Translations under genes and position numbers: made by a program
Source of the DNA: Tubiluchus corallicola
Lineage: Eukaryota; Animalia; Priapulida
DNA length: 64,000 nucleotides
Direction of reading: 5' to 3'
Assembly: GCA_030141605.1 (NCBI GenBank)
Contig: JAQGDQ010000229.1
Coordinates: 1 to 64,000, forward strand
The notes under the pieces: generated by a model
What the model was told of the DNA's origin: nothing
The model's input: only the letters and a program-made list of their open reading frames with translations
The model's database searches: none
Shown: one piece after another, positions 56,256 through 64,000 of the stretch
Layout: each line of letters begins with the position of its first letter
How positions within the stretch are numbered: position 1 is the stretch's first letter

Positions 56256-59200
56256 TAACTATAACTATTTGTAAAAACATTACTTCATACTTGACAAGAA
56301 CGACTGAATAGCGTGGAAATGAACGAACAATCATTTTGCACATTTTAATATATAGAAATAAAGTTTTATTTTTCAAATTTGAACTCTCTTAGGAAAATTT
56401 TAAGGAAAATTTGCTTACGTATATAGGGTACGCCTATACTTAACCTAACCTAGCTTTTTCAATCATAGTGCCACCATAATACGAACAAGGCGCTGCCTAG
56501 CGGACGTCCTGGAAATTTCAGTGCTATCAAGACATCGCGTTTTTTCCTACGAAGCTGAAGAAACATACCTTTACACTTGACATGGTCCTGCAGTGTTGCA
56601 AGATGTAGTCATGCACAACCGCCCCAGCCATTAAATTTGTTTAGATTTGGTTTGTTAAATTGTGCGCCAAGTATTTGTCGCGCATGGATACAGAGCAGGC
56701 CGACTGCTGGCAGTTATTAGGCGGACGATTTATCACCAGTCCCTTTGATGTTTGCCGAATTATACACAGAAAGGAAAAAAGCCAGTATAATCAAAGTTTG
56801 GTATTATGGCAGAGTAATTTGTAGAGAGGCTGTGTGAGGGAGAAATTGAAAAAAAACGGTACTGTCAAAGCTTCTCGAAGCGATCCAATTAGATGGTTTT
56901 TAAGAACAAATAAAATCACTGGTGGAAATAAATAACTACTAATTAAGGCATTTCTAACTTAATTAGAGATTTTTCACTAAAATGCTTAAGAAGAAGGTTA
57001 TTCATTTCCCAGTATATACAATAATTATTTACAAAATGATCTGCACAAAGTACATACACTAGAAGTAAACTAAGAAGTGGTGGTGACGGTGGCAATGATA
57101 GTGGCGGCAGTGGTGAAGACGCAGTCATGATTTCAGATAATGGTGTTTTTAATGCATTCTATTTGCAATATGATCCGCACAATTTACAGACACTTGGAAC
57201 AATAGAAAGATAGCGAAATCAAATTCTAAAACTCTAGAGGAAGATAATAACAAAACAGAATGGTGTCGGTAATGACAAAGGAGAAGAAAGAGGAGAGTAA
57301 TATGATATTTTTGATATTTGATGATTGATATGATGATATTAGCACTAGTGGCTGTGGAGTGGTGGTGGTTATGTGACCGTAATAGTGACAGAGGCGCTGG
57401 TTATGAAGATGTCGTTGTGACTTCGGATTATGGAGCATCCAAATTGATTCTGGGGGCAATGGCGATGCAATTACGATTAGTTATCAGAACGTTGGTACCA
57501 CGTTTTTATTGGTAAGTATCAAAAGTCATAGTTCTTTTGATGTTAAAATTTCGATAACAACAACCAATAATGATGATCATAGTAATAACGATGACAACGA
57601 TTATAATTGTGATGATGTGGTAGTAAAGATGGTGAAAATTGTTTTGGGGCTAATAGAGTTGACTACGCATTAAAAAGAGAAAGAAGATAAAGAAGAGATG
57701 AGAAGTGAGCTGCTGACAACAATGTCCAGACAACGGCAAAGACTGTGATATTGAATTTTGACGTGGACGGTGATGGTAGTGATCAAACATGGAACCGGGA
57801 TTCGGATTACCGGGTCATGATGTCACGAGTCATACAGTTTCACCCAGAAAACTGGCTGTATTGTAAATGTACAGGAGAGGAACATTTTGTGTCTAAAGAT
57901 CGCATTGTTACAGAATTTTGTTCTAGCTGTCAGGTGGCGCAAAAAACATGTGCCGAAGTTTAGACTGTAATAATAATAGAAGCAAGTAGCCTACAAAGTT
58001 GAAATTCGTAGTGTGGTGTTTCAAATACATTATGTTGTGGTTGCGAAAGTTATAACTGTACAGGTTTTGCAGTTTGAAAGTTGTGATCGAAAAGCTTTTG
58101 CATGCCGGAAAAAAATTAAATGCCAGAACAATGTCAGGCAATCAAAAGTTCAAAAAGCATTTACGTTGACATATATTCATAATGCACTCAATACACGGCT
58201 GCTTAGTAATAAAGAATCAAGTATTAGTTTGCAACAGAAAGGTCTTCACAGAAAATAAGTCCTTTGATGAAGATTTGTTGTCAAGAAAAAAAGGGGCTTA
58301 ATCCCCTGGACTACGGTATCTGAAATTCCCTTAAACACAGAATCGTTTGGTGCAGAGGAAATGATGCTGGGAGCAAATACCAAATTATAGGTATCGCCTC
58401 GATGATGAGCTAGATTCCGTTCTCACCACAACCAACCGCATTAAGTGGGTCCTAATTCAGTTTTGATTTCCAATTTGCAGAGAGCCAAACCGTATAAAAC
58501 AATCACTCATCTCCTTCCTTGGTCAAAAAAACAAAAACAAGAACGAGTATAAAATATGCATTTGTGACAGTGACGATGAAGACGACGACGACGACAATGA
58601 TGATGATGATGATGACAATTAATGCGCTCATTAGGTTATAAAACACTTAGTTAACCACTAACTATCTAAGCCAGAACATGGATTATTTTTTTCTTATAAC
58701 TATGTACACAAAAACTAGAACCTCCGCCATAGCCGACCGCCAGGCGTATGTGAATAGCACCGGACAGCCGGATTATCACATCCCCATTGCCGGATTTTCT
58801 CTTTGACAAAACCCGGAACAGCAATTTCGCGCTGCTGCGCACGTAGAATTTCAAAAATTAATTGAAAATGCTTTCCCTGCATAAATTAATCTCGCCGCCT
58901 TTTGTGCGCAATGATAATGGATTCTCTTTGCACTTGGACAGGTAATGGCAGCAGCACATTTCTTCTAAAATCTGCAAATTTATTATAGAAAGAAACCGCT
59001 TGACAGATGTACAAGTTATACATGCCTATCAATATTTTTGCCTCTGACAGGCCCGGGTCTGTACATGGGTGTTTGGCGAGGCGGTTTTCCGCTATAAGTG
59101 GCATTAGCATGACAGCCGATTCATCACCAGCCTTTGAGCTCGAACCGCAAAATGTGTCGGTTTTCAACCAGCTCGTTTGAGAGAGAGAGAGAGCCTGTCA

Positions 59201-59519
59201 TGAAACTGCCTGGTTAAAAGCACCATTTCTTATGACAGTTATCTGGACACTGACAAGCTGGAAGGAAAGCGGCGTGTAAGAAGGCTGCCACGAGGAGAAA
59301 TTGCTGTGCAGATAAAAAGGCACGTTGCCGTGCCTCAGCGTTGCTAGGAGACTGTCTTCTAGGGATAAGCAAAATGGACCTATTTAACATCCATCCTTAA
59401 TCGGTCTGCTACTTAGTCAGTTGGTCCTTTGCTCAGCCGTTTATTCAGCTGATTTACACAACTGGTTAACTGTCCAATATGCACAATAGTCAGTAAGTCA
59501 GTAGGTTTGCTATCTGAGA

Positions 59520-59780
59520 GGTTTTGGTTGATTTGGTTGGTTGATCGGCTGACTGGCTGGTTGTTTGTCAGTTGGTTGGTGGGCTGGTTAATTGGTTGGT
59601 TAGTTAGTTGAATTGGTCGATTAATTGGTTTTGGATTTTAGATGCATGATTGGATAGATCGTTTGTCGTTTGCCCGGCTGGTTTGTTGATTGAGTGCTGG
59701 TTAATAGGTTGATTGATTGGTTAGCCTGTCAGTTGATCAGGTAGATGGTTGTTTGGTCGGTTGCTTGGTTGGTTGACTGC
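59520..59780. repeat. Degenerate (GGTT)n tract
   Basis: Direct observation. Confidence 0.85.
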
Positions 59781-59945
59781 TGTCACTGCCATTGGCATTT
59801 ATGCTATCATACCTTCATCACGTCAGTAGCAGTGGTAATGCAGAAGTGGCGATCGTTTTTGCGTTACCTCTGAGTATAATGCACTATACATTTGGTAGAA
59901 GTTACTGCATAGCAGTTGGTACTTTCTAAGACTGTGAATTGTCTA

Positions 59946-60159
59946 CAGGATGTTCCAAAAGAACAGAGCAGCAGAAATGTGTTGAAATTTGAAATATGTT
60001 AATCAAATCACAAAAAAGCAGCTGGTTGTTAACTTTTATTCAAATTCAACTGTACTTACATGGTTTTTGTTCATTCCATATCAGTAAGATCACACTTATT
60101 GTGTAATATTGGTACGCGTACAGTATTTGTCAATGCACTGTTTCTTTTAGAACACCCGC
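59946..60159. mobile_element. Tc1/mariner-type MITE family C, copy 1
   Basis: TA-CAGGATGTTCCAAAAGAACAG ... CTGTTTCTTTTAGAACACCCGC-TA. Internal agaaatgtg and gtaatattggta are shared with 62171-62407. Confidence 0.75.
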
Positions 60160-62170
60160 TAATAATATTTTATTGTTTTCGTGACTACTATTTTAGTTTC
60201 TTCAACTACAGAATCGTTTTCCAATCAACAGCCAGGATGATTCCTGTTGCCCATCAGCTTCCTCAAAAAGCAGGAAACCGACGGACGTGTTCTCGACAGC
60301 TCGGTGGTTTACATGTTTCAACACTGTTTTAGAAGTTGGGCCGAGACGTAAACCATGTTAGCGAGGGCGCTGAGATATTAGATGCACATAGCGTAGCGAT
60401 GACAGACGACAAGGAGAAAGACGCTGTTGCTACTTGTGATGATCAAACTGTGGATGACAGCATACATAAACCAAAAGCGTTCCCTAGCTGGAACTCAATC
60501 AGATTAAATTAGGTCAAGTATTATGTATAGGCATCTCTGTAAAATACTTTTTGCAAACGCATCAAAACGAAAGGGATATTTCCTGGATTAGCTTCATTAT
60601 AATAAAACAGTTTCACAGAAAAGGCGTGAAGTTTAATTGTATAAACTTGTATAAACTTGTATAAAACAACGCTGTATAAAACCTTAAAATTATCTAAAAA
60701 TGTTAGGTCAGCTTCAAGGTCAGAACTTCTAGGTCAGCAAGCCTGTTGTTGTTGCCATTGTCGTTGTTTTTGTTGTCTTCATCGCCATCGCCGTTGTCAT
60801 GGTGATGGTTCTAGTGAAGGTACTGACGTTAGCGGTGGTAATGGTGATTTTGGTGTTGGTAGCTCAGTGTTCACGGTTTCGTAGTGGTAATGTAACTAGT
60901 GTGGCTTTTTAATGATGATGATTCAGACGACAGTAACGATATCAATGATGGCAACAATATCAACGATAATGACAATTATAACAATAATGATGATAATGTC
61001 GGTGACACTTGAGGTTTCTAATTCACACTGTAATTTTGAAAATACAGCAATAAAAGTGGCATGGAAACCTGCGGTTAGTTTAAATTTGTTTATTTGTTTC
61101 CGCTCGGGCATTGTTGAACTTTTCCAAAAATAAATCAATGCAATCATTGTTAATGATCAAACATTTGTTTTCTAAGTAAAACATCAGTATGGTCTACTTT
61201 AGCTTATCTATTGGCCAATAAAATGGTAATGTTTGTCCATTCTGGAGTATCCAGGCATGATTATAGGCGTAAATTTTGAAAATTCTTTACTTGAACGTCT
61301 AACATTGTTTCAAATGAGAATTCAAGTTTGAACCGCATGAAAACACATTTGGAAAATCAGATACGTATAAATTAAAACGTTTGGAGAAAACGATTTAATT
61401 TGAAATCCGATAGTTATAACAGAGTGTTTGTTTCCAGCACGTGAAGTAGGCGTATGTTTCACATTATGTTTTACATATTATACAAATTACAAGGATATTT
61501 TGCAGGTTATTTTGTTGTTTTTAACGTTCTGCATTCGTTTGTTTATGAATAATTACGAACTTAAAATATAATTTTTATATCACGTCTTTCCTTACATGAA
61601 TGTATAATATTATGATGCGCTTAGTGTGGTTGCAATTTAGGAATTTAGATGAGGAAATGGAGCGAAATAAAGTCATTTTTTATTTTCTCTGCTCTTTACT
61701 TTTGATTTTATTAAATTTAACGTAAGTTTATTCACTTAGACACACCTGTTTCGCTTTAGGTTCGACGATTTTGGCAATTTAACTTCAGTCAAAATTTCGG
61801 TGTCATAATCTTAACTGATTTCAGAAGATGCTTAATAACACTTCTGTAATTAATAAGAGAAAACGCAATAAAAAACCAAAATTTACCACTGAGAACTATC
61901 TTCAGGTTGAAAGAAGAAAAATAGCACCAAATACTGATATTTAAAAAAGCAAAAACAACTACTAAAAATCAAAGAAATTAATACGAATTTCCCGATTGTT
62001 TATGCTAAGATATTTTGCGACATTTTGTAATTATTTATGCCTTTTCTTTTTCCATCTGACGTTACAGAGCATGATGGATGTAAATATCGTGTTTTATATT
62101 TTATTGCGAGATTTTTTATTAATCATATTAGTTCTTTTCGTTAAGAAATATCTCCTTGGAGAAACTTCTA

Positions 62171-62407
62171 CAGGGTGTTTCATAAGAAATAGTGCAGTAG
62201 AAATGTGACAAATGATAAAATGAATCTGTATTTCTGCATTATGACATCATAATGACGTAAAATAATGTTATATTTTTACCGTCATTATTTCAGTTTTCCT
62301 ACCATATAACTTGGTAGACCATACTTGCTGGACTTTGTACCGAGTAATATTGGTATATTCATTGTATTAATTATTTTCATAGTGCATTGTTTCTTTGGGA
62401 CACCCTG
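62171..62407. mobile_element. Tc1/mariner-type MITE family C, copy 2
   Basis: TA-CAGGGTGTTTCATAAGAAATAGTGCA ... TGCATTGTTTCTTTGGGACACCCTG-TA. Confidence 0.85.
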
Positions 62408-63168
62408 TATGAGAGAAACAAATGTTCGGCAGTTGCTGGATGTTTCTTGGGACTCCACAATATATGCTTTTCACGTAATTTCTCATTGTTTGACGTATCA
62501 TATAATTCCCAACTGAATCAAACGAAAGCCATTATTATAGTAAGCTTTTATACATCCAGACAGGTGGACAACCAAATGTTAAGTGAAATTTAATCGAAAG
62601 CAATTGGTCAATTTAAGACATGCACTGCGGCGATTAATCAAACTCGAACAATGCCCAAAGTCGGAGGTCACTCGCTGACTTTTGAAATCAAAACCTAATC
62701 ACAGCTAATTATTGTCAACATTTGAAATTGATCGTTGAAATAAACGCGCATTTTAATCAAACCCACGCCATAGACGTCACGAAGTCTCAATTAACCCTGC
62801 AGGGGAAACAATGCCACATCGATCACACACTAGATTCGACAATAACGTGTGATGTGCGATGAATTTTGATCAAATTTTATTTCGATCAGTTACATCGACC
62901 ATTTTTAATCCGCATATACCCCGAGGGTAAGCTCAGGAAAGAGGTAACTTACGACAGGGAAGAATGAACTATTTTGTGTTGTATAACAAAACACTGTTGT
63001 GAAAATTGGTTTTTGTTTGCCACACAAGTTGAATTTATACTTAATGCTGTCGAATACGAATGAATTAACTTTTCCTAAATGTTGGCCCAGGTAACATTTC
63101 ATGCATAATCAATTAATTTTACTACCTGTGTTCTGTAATGTCGACCTGCCAAGTGAGAGTGCCTACTT

Positions 63169-63270
63169 CACTTGTCGTTGTAGATCTACAACAAGTGTTG
63201 CTGTGACTGTCAATCAAAACTTAAAAATACAGCTGTCAAAAAGTTACATAAAAGACAGCTGTCAAAAAAG
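63169..63270. promoter_or_regulatory. Candidate TALE-factor (Pbx/Meis/TGIF) element
   Basis: CTGTCAATCA at 63207-63216, two CAGCTGTCAAAAA copies at 63230 and 63256, and a near-perfect palindrome at 63169-63197. Confidence 0.45.
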
Positions 63271-63951
63271 CTTGTAGTTTAGTAATCATCAAACCACAAC
63301 AGTCAGCTCGAAATTGAGACTGAAATTTTGAACCAAACGCGTTCAACAACATTGTCGTGGTTGTCCTTTAAAGAAGGTTGAAGATGCACATTTACAACAC
63401 TTCTAATTAAAATTTTCATGAATTCACGATCTTTTAGATATACAGGATATATACAAATATTATGTAAAGTTTCAAAACTAAATTTTGTAATTTCTTATGT
63501 CACAACTATTTAAACGGTGACGTCTTTATTTGGTTAAGAAAGCCGTTTTGTCACTTATTTTATCTGGTGCTTTAAAACTTGTCAACCACTACTGTCACTA
63601 AGTTCTAATCCAGAAGCAAGTTGACTTAATTTATGAACTAAAGGCTGTTCTGATGTTAATACAAAAACGTTGCTTAAAATGTGCTCTCATGTCAGAGTAA
63701 CTCTGTATGTACTGTGTAAAGCACTCGTGCATACCATACATGAAATTACAAACTATATATACGAGTCACTACAATTAAATTTTATTCATGACAGCTAATA
63801 CTAGTAGTTATCTTAATCGTTGTCTCCTGAAAAAATAAGATCAAACCCTACAGAGAAGAGCAATAAATACTAAACGTTTTTAGCTACAAGCCGCAATTTC
63901 ATAGAAATATTTTAGTTTTTTATTAATGAGATCAAAAACTTGATAACGTAC

Positions 63952-64000
63952 CTGTACACCGCACTGCGTTTCCTCCTGCATGGCGACCACTAGATCAAAG
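63952..64000 (-). CDS. Probable 3' part of a coding exon of an unidentified minus-strand gene, truncated by the window end (FDLVVAMQEETQCGVQ)
   Basis: CAG|GTACGT donor (63951-63946). GC content rises abruptly over the flank. Only one minus frame is open, ending in phase 0, and it contains gccATG at 63981. Confidence 0.45.

Noticed and set aside
57156-57172. ATTCTATTTGCAATATG resembles the ascidian spliced leader ATTCTATTTGAATAAG
   Set aside because: Imperfect match, with no following GT donor or Sm site.
57745-57963. ORF with Cys/His pattern (CxC..H..CxxC) suggesting a zinc finger
   Set aside because: Spacing fits no family I recognise. It starts in a low-complexity tract and lacks splice support.

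Overview
AT-rich (roughly 35% GC by eye), microsatellite-dense metazoan-type genomic DNA. I cannot assign the species. No complete protein-coding gene is visible. The supplied ORFs are microsatellite read-throughs, repeat-derived or chance ORFs. The window reads as a very large intron or gene desert with three layers. (1) Long simple and compound microsatellites. (2) Decayed mobile elements: two LINE reverse-transcriptase relics of CR1/L2 type, Tc1/mariner-, hAT- and Mutator/foldback-like MITEs, a Helitron-like element, tRNA-derived SINE-like heads and a three-copy dispersed repeat. (3) Many short CpG-retaining islands carrying TALE (Pbx/Meis) and Hox-type motifs, which suggests the regulatory landscape of a developmental gene. 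A probable minus-strand exon with a GTACGT donor enters at the right edge. Two long, ~95% identical inverted repeats and an (AAT)n/(ATT)n palindrome can form extended hairpins. I found no convincing novel gene system. The best leads are regulatory and structural, and all need computational follow-up. Coordinates and counts are manual and may be off by a few bases.
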